In this document: positions 46,714-57,753 of the stretch, one piece after another
Layout of the letters: the number at the start of each line of letters is the position of its first letter
Numbering within the stretch: the first letter of the stretch is position 1
Assembly (NCBI GenBank): GCA_035529695.1
Contig: DATKWD010000108.1
Span: 27,508 to 91,507, forward strand
Direction of reading: 5' to 3'
Origin: Acidimicrobiales bacterium
Lineage (GTDB): Bacteria; Actinomycetota; Acidimicrobiia; Acidimicrobiales; Salinilacustritrichaceae
Length of the DNA stretch: 64,000 bases
Position numbers and translations under genes: made by a program
The notes under the pieces: generated by a model
What the model was told of the DNA's origin: nothing
Databases searched by the model: none
What the model saw: the letters and a program-made list of their open reading frames with translations, nothing else

Positions 46714-48254
46714 GCGTCGATGTCGGGCACCGGGACCGGCGGCGGTGTCCCGACGTAGCGGGCACTCGGCCTGATGATCCGGTTGTCCGCAGCCTGCTCG
46801 AGGATGTTGGCGCACCACCCGATGATGCGACTCGACGCGAATGTCGGCGTGAAGAGCTCGCGGGGCAGTCCGCAGTGCTCCATCACGACACCGGCATAGA
46901 ACTCGACATTGGCGTAGAGGTCACGCCCGGGCTTGAGCTCGCCGAGCACCTCGACCACTGACTTCTCGACGATCTTGGCGAACGTCACCTTGTCGGCACG
47001 GATATCGGCCGCCACTTGGCGCAAGAACGTCGATCGGGGGTCGTCGGTCTTGTAGACGCGGTGGCCGAACCCCATGATCACCTCGCCGCGTTCGACGACG
47101 TCGATCAGGTAGGGACGGGCGTTCTCCTCGGTGCCGATGGCGTCGAGCAGGTCGAGTGCCCGGCTCGGGGCGCCCCCGTGCAGCGGGCCACTCAGCGCAG
47201 CGATCCCGCCGACGACGGCGGCGCCGACATCGGCGCCGGTCGAGGTGATCACCCGACTCGTGAAGGTCGAGGCATTGAACCCGTGGTCGATGGTGGTGAT
47301 CTGGTACTGCTCGACGCCGCGACCGAGCTCGGCCGGATGCTCTTCACCGTCGAGCATCCACAGGTAGTTGGCTCCGTACCCGAGATCGTCGCGGGGGTCG
47401 ATCGGCTCGAGACCGTTGCGCAGGCGATGGAGCGCCATGATCAGCGTCGGGGTCACCGCACACAGTCGCATCGCGTCGGCTCGTCGTTGCGCATGGTCGA
47501 TGTCGAGTGTCGGCTTCATGGTCGACGCCGCCGCCACCAGTGACAGCGAAGTCCGCAGCCCTTCCATCACCGACGAGGACTCGGTCGCGATCGTCGGGAG
47601 CACTGCGCGCACGGAATCGGGGACTCGGCGAAGCGGACGGATCTCCTCGATGAAGGCCTCGCGCTCGGCTCGGTCGGGGAGGGCCCCGTCGAACATCAGG
47701 CGCCAGACGTCTTCGAGCGGGCGGGTGGCCGCGAGCTCGACGGCGTTGTACTCGCGGTAGTGGTAGAACCCCTCGGTCCCGCGGACGTCACCGACCTCGG
47801 TCTCGGCGACGATCACGCCGGCCAGTCCTGGCGGAGCTTCGATCTCGCCGGGGTCGGTGACCGGCTGGATGCTCGCCATCTTCATGAGGTCGCGGAGGGA
47901 GATGAGACCGATGAGTCGGCCGTCCTCGACGACCGGGAAGTGGCGGTAGCCCTGCACGCTCAACGCGTCGTAGGCGACCTGCACGTTGGTGTCGGGAGCC
48001 ACGACATCGGGGTCCTCGGTCATCCACTCGCTGACCTCGGATGCGTCGCCCGACCGTCCGCTGGCGCCGAACTTGATCAGGTCGCGTTCGGTGAGGATGC
48101 CGATCGGACGTACTCCGTCGACCACCACGACCGAGCCGACGTTCGCCTGCACCATGCGCTGCGAGACCTCGGCCACGGTCTCCGATGGCGTTGCCGTCAA
48201 CACCGGTGAACTCATCACGTCGGAAACCGTGCGCTCGCGCACGTTGCTTGCCAT
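46710..48254 (-). CDS. CBS-pair domain fused to a citrate-synthase-family domain
   Basis: Two N-terminal CBS motifs (VMSSPVLTATP...ILTERDLI; HFPVVEDGRLIGLISLRDLM). Citrate-synthase motifs SGPLHGGA, GFGHRVYKTDDPR and NVEFYAG (Glu where Asp is canonical). Confidence 0.85.
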   Translation of the reverse strand: MASNVRERTVSDVMSSPVLTATPSETVAEVSQRMVQANVGSVVVVDGVRPIGILTERDLIKFGASGRSGDASEVSEWMTEDPDVVAPDTNVQVAYDALSVQGYRHFPVVEDGRLIGLISLRDLMKMASIQPVTDPGEIEAPPGLAGVIVAETEVGDVRGTEGFYHYREYNAVELAATRPLEDVWRLMFDGALPDRAEREAFIEEIRPLRRVPDSVRAVLPTIATESSSVMEGLRTSLSLVAAASTMKPTLDIDHAQRRADAMRLCAVTPTLIMALHRLRNGLEPIDPRDDLGYGANYLWMLDGEEHPAELGRGVEQYQITTIDHGFNASTFTSRVITSTGADVGAAVVGGIAALSGPLHGGAPSRALDLLDAIGTEENARPYLIDVVERGEVIMGFGHRVYKTDDPRSTFLRQVAADIRADKVTFAKIVEKSVVEVLGELKPGRDLYANVEFYAGVVMEHCGLPRELFTPTFASSRIIGWCANILEQAADNRIIRPSARYVGTPPPVPVPDIDA

Positions 48255-48331
48255 CTGCTCTCCTCGTTGACCGTGGGCGGGTCGATGGTAGGACGTTTTG
48301 TCAGCCGTCCACGCCTGACCGACGGATCTCC

Positions 48332-48604
48332 TCAGTCGATCGGCACGATGCGTTCGAACATGAATTCGTGCTCGAGCCGGCCCCGAACGGTCTCGGCCCC
48401 CGGTGCAGGCAGCGGAATCGGGCTCGTCTGGATGAGGCGCCAGCCATCTCGAAGCGCTGCGACACCGTTGGCGTACGGAGCAGCATCGTGTCGGTCGCCG
48501 CGATCGGCGCCGTCATGGAAGGTCCAGGCCACCACGCGACCGTCGAGGTCCGAGTGCTCGAGCCACAGGAAGAGCACCTGTTGGCGGTGTGTCATCGGAT
48601 CCAT
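48332..48604 (-). CDS. Hypothetical protein (90 aa)
   Basis: MDPMTHRQQVLFLWLEHSDLDGRVVAWTFHDG... The ATG shares one nucleotide with the upstream stop (TGATG). I recognise no family. Confidence 0.4.
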   Translation of the reverse strand: MDPMTHRQQVLFLWLEHSDLDGRVVAWTFHDGADRGDRHDAAPYANGVAALRDGWRLIQTSPIPLPAPGAETVRGRLEHEFMFERIVPID

Positions 48605-49482
48605 CAGGCGAGCTCCTCGCGAAGTTCCTTGCGGGTCTGGTACCAGTCGACATCGAAGGCGTCGTCGCCACTCAGATACCGCCACAGTGCGGCGCGTTGC
48701 ACCAACTCGAGCCGGTACGCGGATTCGCCCAACCAGGGCTCACGATGCCGGAGCGTTGCGGCGACCGAGTCGGCACGGAACTTGGCGAACACGTGATCGC
48801 TGGCGTCGTTCTGGCGCTCGTCGAAGCCGGCGAGGTCCCAGAGGCGGGTCTGGGGAGCGGTCGGATTCAAACGGATCTTGTACATCAGCCGCCGCAGCGA
48901 TCCGGGATTGGGCATCCCGCGGTGCCACATGCCGTGATGGAAGATCAACACCGAGCCGGCCGGGCCGACCCACTGGCGTTCGCCTGCGACGTGGTGATAG
49001 CGGGCCACATCGGTCTCGTTGACCAGCCGGAGGTGGGTTCCGGGCACGAAGCCAGTCCCTCCACCGTCGTCAGTGACCTCGTGAGGGAAGTAGAAGACCT
49101 GCACGTCGAAGGCCCGGTTGGAGTCGATGATGGCGTCGGCGTGGAGCTTCTGTTGGCTGAGGTCACCGGGCGGGCGGAGGTGGACGAAGTCGTGGTCGAA
49201 CACCGCATCGGTGCCCACCAACGACTGCACGGCTCCGGCGACCACGGGATGCCGCAGGACCGCGCCGATCGCCGACGGTTCCGGGTAGATCTCGTCCAGC
49301 CGTTGCCCGCTCGAAGGTGCGAACGGCCGGGCATCGCTCCCCCATGTCGCCAGGATCGCTTCGAGCTCCTCGATGGCGGGCGCATTGAGGTCCTCATCGA
49401 TCAACCCTGGAAACGCGAGGAAGCCACGGGCGACGAAGCTGGCCATCTGGTCGGTGTCGAGCAGTGTCGGTGATGCCATCAT
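48604..49482 (-). CDS. Phytanoyl-CoA dioxygenase (PhyH) family Fe(II)/2-oxoglutarate oxygenase
   Basis: FVARGFL, KLHADAIID (HxD), VPGTHL and MWHRGMPN (distal His) are consistent with the PhyH fold. ATG 49482. Confidence 0.75.
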   Translation of the reverse strand: MMASPTLLDTDQMASFVARGFLAFPGLIDEDLNAPAIEELEAILATWGSDARPFAPSSGQRLDEIYPEPSAIGAVLRHPVVAGAVQSLVGTDAVFDHDFVHLRPPGDLSQQKLHADAIIDSNRAFDVQVFYFPHEVTDDGGGTGFVPGTHLRLVNETDVARYHHVAGERQWVGPAGSVLIFHHGMWHRGMPNPGSLRRLMYKIRLNPTAPQTRLWDLAGFDERQNDASDHVFAKFRADSVAATLRHREPWLGESAYRLELVQRAALWRYLSGDDAFDVDWYQTRKELREELA

Positions 49483-49552
49483 CGGATCGTACGCGGCAGG
49501 GGCCAGCCGGGCTGCGAGTCGACCCGACCTGTGCCCGGTAGCGTTGCAGGAC

Positions 49553-50401
49553 GTGGAGCACGTGCGTTGGAGCCATCGTCCAGCCGTCGATTCGCCGGTG
49601 GTCATCATCGCCTTCGAGGGCTGGAACGATGCCGGCGATGCGGCGAGTTCGGCCGTCCGCTACCTCCGCGATCACTGCGAGGTCGAGCCGTTCGCCGACA
49701 TCGATCCCGAGGTGTTCTACGACTTCACCGAGACCCGGCCCGAGGTCCGACTCGAGGACGATCGGCGCACGATCCGATGGCCACGCAACCAGTTCTCCCA
49801 CGGCAAGTTCCCTGGCACCGATCGCGACGTGGTGTTGCTCCTCGGCACCGAGCCCCAGCTGAGGTGGCGCACCTTCTGCGAAGCCGTCGACCACGTGGCG
49901 ACCGAAGTGGGGGCCGAACTCATCGTCACCTTCGGTGCACTGCTGGCCGAGGTGGCACACAGCCGCCCGGTCTCGGTGATCGGCAGCACGCAGGACGTCG
50001 GCCTCGCCGCGGAACTCGGCCTTCCGTTCTCCCGCTACGAGGGACCGACCGGGATCGTCGGGGTCCTGCACACCGCACTGAGCGAGGTCGGCCGACCGGC
50101 GGTCTCGCTGTGGGCAGCAGTGCCCACCTACGTGCCCGCGGCCCAATCACCGAAAGCCACGATGGCCCTGGTGCAGAAGGTGGCAGCGCTGCTCGACCTG
50201 TCGATCGTCACCACCGACCTCGAGATCGCCACAGCGGCATACGAACGCCAGATCAACGAGCTGGTCGAGGAGGACGAAGAGACACGGAGCTACGTCGCCG
50301 CGCTCGAAGACCGCCACGACGACGACGGCGAGGACTTCCCCACCGGCGACTCACTGATCGAAGAGGTCGAACGATTCCTCCGCGACCGCCCCGAGGACTG
50401 A
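49553..50401 (+). CDS. PAC2 (proteasome assembly chaperone-like) family protein
   Basis: PVVIIAFEGWNDAGDAAS...LLLGTEPQLRW...GPTGIVGVL and an acidic C-terminal tail. GTG start at 49553 or 49562. Confidence 0.75.
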   Translation: MEHVRWSHRPAVDSPVVIIAFEGWNDAGDAASSAVRYLRDHCEVEPFADIDPEVFYDFTETRPEVRLEDDRRTIRWPRNQFSHGKFPGTDRDVVLLLGTEPQLRWRTFCEAVDHVATEVGAELIVTFGALLAEVAHSRPVSVIGSTQDVGLAAELGLPFSRYEGPTGIVGVLHTALSEVGRPAVSLWAAVPTYVPAAQSPKATMALVQKVAALLDLSIVTTDLEIATAAYERQINELVEEDEETRSYVAALEDRHDDDGEDFPTGDSLIEEVERFLRDRPED

Positions 50402-50402
50402 C

Positions 50403-51095
50403 CTACTCCTCGGGATGCGGTCGCCACGGTGTGTCGCGTGGCTCGTCGTAGAGGACACCGACGTCCTCGCCATCGATGGCCGCGAAGACGTGCTCGCCCC
50501 ACTGCTCGATGCCGGCGATGGGTGACGGGAGGTCGTCGCGCGAGAACCAACCGACGTCGGTCGTCTCGAGCGGGTGTGCGTGCAGTTCTCCCCCGGTCGC
50601 CCGGCAGTGGAAGATCAGCGAGTAGAGCGGAATCCGGGTGAAACCGAGCCTGAGCCCGTCGAGCACCATCAGCATGCGGAGCGGGACGCAGTCGATCCCG
50701 GTCTCCTCGGCCACCTCCTTCACTGCGACCTCACTCGGCGAGTAGCCGATGTCAGCCCACCCGGTCGGGTAGAGCCAGATACCGCTGTCGGCCCGCTGGA
50801 TGAGGAGGATCTGTCCGGCATCGTTGCTGACGACCGCTCCGATGGCGACCTTGGGGGTCTGATAGCCCGCCACACCCTCGCCGACACCCTTGAGCCATTC
50901 GTCGATGAAGTGCTCGGCGTCGAATTCGTCGGAGACGTTGGCGGCGGCCCGCATGTCGCCGGCAACGGCGAGGACCTCCTCGAACCGCTCGCGCTCGTAC
51001 AGGTTGTCCGTGAACCCGAGGCCCGTTCGGGCGATACCGGACAGCGCCTCGCTCCACCGGATCAGGTCCTGGCGGGTCGGCGAAGGGTCGGTCAT
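50403..51095 (-). CDS. NUDIX hydrolase with N-terminal helical domain
   Basis: Nudix box GWADIGYSPSEVAVKEVAEETGI. Confidence 0.8.
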   Translation of the reverse strand: MTDPSPTRQDLIRWSEALSGIARTGLGFTDNLYERERFEEVLAVAGDMRAAANVSDEFDAEHFIDEWLKGVGEGVAGYQTPKVAIGAVVSNDAGQILLIQRADSGIWLYPTGWADIGYSPSEVAVKEVAEETGIDCVPLRMLMVLDGLRLGFTRIPLYSLIFHCRATGGELHAHPLETTDVGWFSRDDLPSPIAGIEQWGEHVFAAIDGEDVGVLYDEPRDTPWRPHPEE

Positions 51096-51102
51096 GAGCG
51101 GT

Positions 51103-52137
51103 TCACTCGGTGTAGGACGGCATTCCTGCCTCGATCAACTCGCCGACGAACTCGAAGAACTTCTCGCCGAAGGGGTCGTCGCCACTGAGAGGCAGCGTGC
51201 CCCGACGGATGGTCCAGTCGTACGGCGCCAGCTCGGCGGCCTGCGCGAAGTGATGCCGGGCGCCTTCTGCGTCGCCGAGCCGGTGCAGGTGTGCGCCGAT
51301 GCGGCGGTGGGCACGTGCTCGGCCCTGGTCCTCGGCGTCGGGTTGACTCCAGCGGGTCATGGCCTCGCGATCGATCGTGCCGTCGTGCACCCAGGCGCGC
51401 AGCGCTTCGTGGTGGACTTCACTGTCGATTCCCGAGAACTCCTTCCACATGTCCGACGCCGGAGCATTGGTGGGAGGACGCACCATCGACCCGCTCTCGT
51501 CGAACCACACGGTGGTGGGCACGTTGATGAGCCCGAAGGTCTCGGCGGCGTGCATGTTCGGGTCGATGAGCGTCGGAAGCGTCAGGTTCGCCTCGGTGAC
51601 CCAGGGCAGGGCGGCCTCAGCGGTGTCGTCGAGGCTCACCGTGATGGCCTGGAGGCCGAGCGGTGCGAGTTCGGTCATCAGTTGCTCCCACACGGAGAGC
51701 TCGTGGCGACACCCTCACCACGAAGCCCAGGCGATGAGCAACGTCTTCTTGCCGACGAAGTCAGCCAGGTCGACCTCGCCGCCGTGGACGCTCGGCAGAC
51801 GGACATCGGCAAGCGACGCGCCGTGTCCGCGGCTCATCGGATCTCCACCGATGGCAACGATGCCGCGGTCGGCGTCGACGACCACCGACTGCCCGAGCCG
51901 CTCGGCGAACGCACCGACATCGATCGACCCCTCGTTCACGATGTCGGTGCCCTTCACAGGAACACACGCTGCACCACGGCACAGCCCCTCGGGCTTGAGC
52001 TCCCACCCGGTCGCGGACGCGAAACTCTCCGCATCCACCTCGATCGGGCCATCAGCCTCGAGGCTCGGGATCTCGGCGAGGTCTCGTTCGATCAGCGTCG
52101 GCACCCGGGAAACCGTATCGGCTCGGTCGACACACAC
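51103..52137 (-). CDS. ResA/TlpA-like thioredoxin-fold protein with an in-frame TGA (51715-51717) at the redox-Cys position: probable selenoprotein (alternatively a pseudogene)
   Basis: ORFs 51715..52251 and 51103..51693 share one frame. Read-through gives ...FVGKKTLLIAWASW-U-GCRHELSVWEQLMTELAPLGLQAITVS... A GTG start at 52137 or 52104 is inferred. Confidence 0.6.
51684..51700 (-). promoter_or_regulatory. Candidate SECIS-like hairpin downstream of the in-frame UGA
   Basis: mRNA GCUCUC-CGUGU-GGGAGC forms a 6-bp stem (one G-U pair) with a 5-nt loop containing GU. It begins 14 nt after the UGA. Confidence 0.35.
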
Positions 52138-52146
52138 CTCAGTACG

Positions 52147-52728
52147 GTGGCACGGGTGACGAGCCGATGGAGCGAGGACCCGGCGGTGGCTCGGGGCGAC
52201 GCGTACGACGCCCGTTGGGCAGCAATGGCCGACACAGGTGAGTCGGTCCACGGCGAGGCCGACTTCGTTGCATCACTCGGACCGGCGTCAGTTCTCGACG
52301 CCGGATGCGGCACCGGTCGGGTCGCCATCGAGCTGGCGACGCGCGACATCGCCGTCGTCGGGGTCGACCTCGACGACGGCATGCTCGAGGCCGCCCGCCG
52401 AAACGCTCCGGATCTCATCTGGATCGAAGCCGACCTGGCGACGCTCGACCTCGATCGCCGATTCGACGTCGTCGCCATGGCCGGCAACGTCATGATCTTC
52501 GTCCGCCCCGGCACCGAGGCCCAGGTCGTCGCTTCACTGGCCGCCCACCTCGAGCCCGACGGCTCACTCGTCGCCGGGTTCCAACTGCGCCCGGGGGCAT
52601 ACGACCTCGCGACGTACGACGCCGATTGCGAACAAGCAGGCCTGAGGCTGTCGGAGCGCCATGCCACGTGGGATCGCGACGAGTACGAGGGCGGCGACTA
52701 CGCCGTCTCGGTCCACCGACGGCCCTGA
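52147..52728 (+). CDS. Class I SAM-dependent methyltransferase
   Basis: Motif I VLDAGCGTGRVAIEL, post-I VVGVDLD, then FDVVAMAGNVM. GTG 52147/52156. Upstream of that the ORF is antisense shadow sequence. Confidence 0.8.
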   Translation: MARVTSRWSEDPAVARGDAYDARWAAMADTGESVHGEADFVASLGPASVLDAGCGTGRVAIELATRDIAVVGVDLDDGMLEAARRNAPDLIWIEADLATLDLDRRFDVVAMAGNVMIFVRPGTEAQVVASLAAHLEPDGSLVAGFQLRPGAYDLATYDADCEQAGLRLSERHATWDRDEYEGGDYAVSVHRRP

Positions 52729-52742
52729 AGTCCTCGTGGGCG

Positions 52743-55372
<2,630 letters not shown>

Positions 55373-56626
55373 TCAGCCCCGGCCCATGGCGCCGAGATCG
55401 GCAAGGTTGTAGCCGGTTTCGGCGTGCTCGGTCCCGTCGAGCCCTGCCTGCTCGTCGTTCTCGTCGACCCGGAGGCCGATGGTGGCGTCGATCACCTTTG
55501 CGATGAGCGCGGTCACGATGAAGCTGAACGCGAGCACCACGACGATCGCCAGCACCTGCTCGACCAGCAGAGCGGTGCCGCCACCGAAGAACAGCCCGCT
55601 GTCGAAGGCTTCGGGGTCACCCTGGCCGAGGATCGACGTGTCGGCGAAGAACCCGATGAGGACCCCACCGATGATGCCGCCGACCATGTGGACGCCGACG
55701 ACGTCGAGGCTGTCGTCGTAGCCGAAGCGGTACTTCTGCTGAATGGCGAGGTAACAGACGATGCCGGCCACGGCACCGAACGCGATCCCCGCGAGCCCGC
55801 CGACGAAGGCGGCCGCGGGGGTGATGGCCACGAGGCCCGCCACGACACCCGAACATGCCCCGAGCAGCGTGAAGTGACCATCGCGGATCCGTTCGACGAT
55901 CAGCCAGGCGATCATGCCGGCCGACGCCGCGAGGAAGGTGTTCATCAGGGCCGTGGCCGTGAGCGCGGTGTTCCCGGCGGCCCCACCGCTGTTGAACCCG
56001 AACCACCCGAACCAGAGGATCCCGGTTCCGAGCAGGACCAGCGGGAGGTTGTGCGGCGGCATGGCTTCGCGTGGCCATCCGCGGCGCTTTCCGAGCACGA
56101 GCACCATGGCGAGCGCAGCGACACCTGCGTTGACGTGGATCGCCGTTCCGCCTGCGAAGTCGAGCGAGCCGCGGGCACCGAGCCATCCGACGAGCGAGCC
56201 GTCGCCGTTGTCGACGCCGTAGATCCAGAACACGACGGGCGTGTAGACCAGAAGGCTCCAGACCGGGACGAAGATCGCCCAGGCCGAGAACTTCATGCGG
56301 TCAGCAACCGCTCCGGAGATCAGCGCCGGGGTGATGACCGCAAAGGTCATCAGAAACGCCGTGAGCAACAACCCGCTGCCGTCGAGGCCCTTCAGGCCCG
56401 CGGCATCGAGGTTGCCGATGAAGCCGTTCCCGCTTCCGCCGCCCGAGAGCGAGGCGCCCACCGTCACCCACAGCAGGGGGATGATGCCCGCGCAGTAGAT
56501 GTTCATCAGCAACATGTTCAGCACGTTCTTCGAACGCACCATGCCCCCGTAGAACAGCGCGAGTCCCGGTGTCATGAACAAGACCAGGACAGTCGAAGTC
56601 AGAAGCCACGCATCGCCACCCTCCAC
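55373..56626 (-). CDS. amt: Ammonium transporter
   Basis: Amt signature DFAGGTAIH, the VVGVHMVGG twin-His region, and about 11 TM helices. It lies upstream of glnK-glnD. Confidence 0.95.
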   Translation of the reverse strand: MEGGDAWLLTSTVLVLFMTPGLALFYGGMVRSKNVLNMLLMNIYCAGIIPLLWVTVGASLSGGGSGNGFIGNLDAAGLKGLDGSGLLLTAFLMTFAVITPALISGAVADRMKFSAWAIFVPVWSLLVYTPVVFWIYGVDNGDGSLVGWLGARGSLDFAGGTAIHVNAGVAALAMVLVLGKRRGWPREAMPPHNLPLVLLGTGILWFGWFGFNSGGAAGNTALTATALMNTFLAASAGMIAWLIVERIRDGHFTLLGACSGVVAGLVAITPAAAFVGGLAGIAFGAVAGIVCYLAIQQKYRFGYDDSLDVVGVHMVGGIIGGVLIGFFADTSILGQGDPEAFDSGLFFGGGTALLVEQVLAIVVVLAFSFIVTALIAKVIDATIGLRVDENDEQAGLDGTEHAETGYNLADLGAMGRG

Positions 56627-56776
56627 GGAGGTCCTCCTCAGTCAGCTCGTGCGTGCCGATCACGCCCGCGCAGACCGTAGGCGTTCTTCGGATCGGAGGC
56701 TACTTCTGTGCCCGCCGACCAGACACGAGGAGGCCTGACGGCGGGCCCCGGCGTGCCTGCGAAACCGTGATGACGG

Positions 56777-57694
56777 TCAGACAGAAACCGATTCGCGCTC
56801 CTGTGCCCGGTCGCGTCGTGCGCTCATGCGCTCGCCGGCCTTCTTGACCCGGCCGATGTACTTGATCGTGCGTTCACGCGCGACCTCGGCCTCGGCCGAG
56901 AGGCCTTCGACGCCCGCCAGGTTCCAGTGTTCGAGCACGATGGGTTCGAGGATCTGATCGTGGTGGATCGTGAAGTCGTAGATCCCGGCCTGTGCGATCG
57001 CCTTGGAGTGCCGATTGAACTCGGGGATCCCGGTGCCTGGCATGGCGAATCCGCACACCTGGCGTTCCATGGCCAGCACGGCCTCGGAGGGGTCGAGCTC
57101 GAGCGCCGCGCTGGCGGCGTCGCGGTAGAAGACGTGGTGGAGGTTCTCGTCGCCTGCCACCCGAGCCATGATCTCGTAGCCGGTGCGGTCTTCGAGGAGA
57201 CGCCCCGTGTTGCGGTGGGAGATGCGGGTGGCGAGTTCCTGGAGGGTGACATAGACCAGGCCGTCCATCGGCGAGCCGGGTCGTGGCACTTCCCCGGTGC
57301 TCATCTGGCTCATCCTGCCGCGTTCGAGATCGATCAGATCGACTGCCCGGGTGACTGACAGGTAGTCGCGGATGACGATCGAGTGCCGGCCCTCCTCGGC
57401 GGTCCAGCGTCGAGCCCACTCGCCCCACGCCCCGTCGTTGCTGAACATGTGGAAGATCGTCTCGAAGTAGTACGGAAGGTTGTCCTCGGTGAGCAGGTCG
57501 ACGATCAGTGCGCTTCGAACCGCGTCGGGCATCGGCGCCTCGTCGGGGTCCCACGGCTCGCCCACTTCGAAGTCGCGGCCACGGCTCCACGGCACCAGCT
57601 CGTGGGGAAACCACTCCTTGGCGTTGGTGAGATGCCGGGCGAGAAGTGTCTCAACGGTCGGCTCGAGCTCGGCGACGAGGGTGCTTGCGTCCAT
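56777..57694 (-). CDS. Acyl-ACP desaturase (soluble di-iron, DesA-like)
   Basis: Di-iron motifs WTAEEGRHS and AGDENLHH. Confidence 0.85.
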   Translation of the reverse strand: MDASTLVAELEPTVETLLARHLTNAKEWFPHELVPWSRGRDFEVGEPWDPDEAPMPDAVRSALIVDLLTEDNLPYYFETIFHMFSNDGAWGEWARRWTAEEGRHSIVIRDYLSVTRAVDLIDLERGRMSQMSTGEVPRPGSPMDGLVYVTLQELATRISHRNTGRLLEDRTGYEIMARVAGDENLHHVFYRDAASAALELDPSEAVLAMERQVCGFAMPGTGIPEFNRHSKAIAQAGIYDFTIHHDQILEPIVLEHWNLAGVEGLSAEAEVARERTIKYIGRVKKAGERMSARRDRAQERESVSV

Positions 57695-57753
57695 GGGGCC
57701 TCAGCCTACCGACCGGTAGGTAGACGTGCACATCACCGGTTCACATCGGGGCG

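Noticed and set aside
51103-52251. Interpreting the TGA-split redoxin as two separate genes or a simple pseudogene
   Set aside because: This is not fully excluded. However, there is a single stop and no frameshift, it falls exactly on the redox-Cys column, coding bias is retained on both sides, and a hairpin lies downstream. These features favour Sec recoding. The second ORF alone would lack the active-site motif.
56761-56790. Two GAAACCG direct repeats 23 nt apart upstream of amt, considered as a GlnR box
   Set aside because: The expected a-site half (gTnAc, 6 nt upstream of each GAAAC) is not present. The repeats also overlap the 3' end of the desaturase gene, so there is too little support for a binding site.
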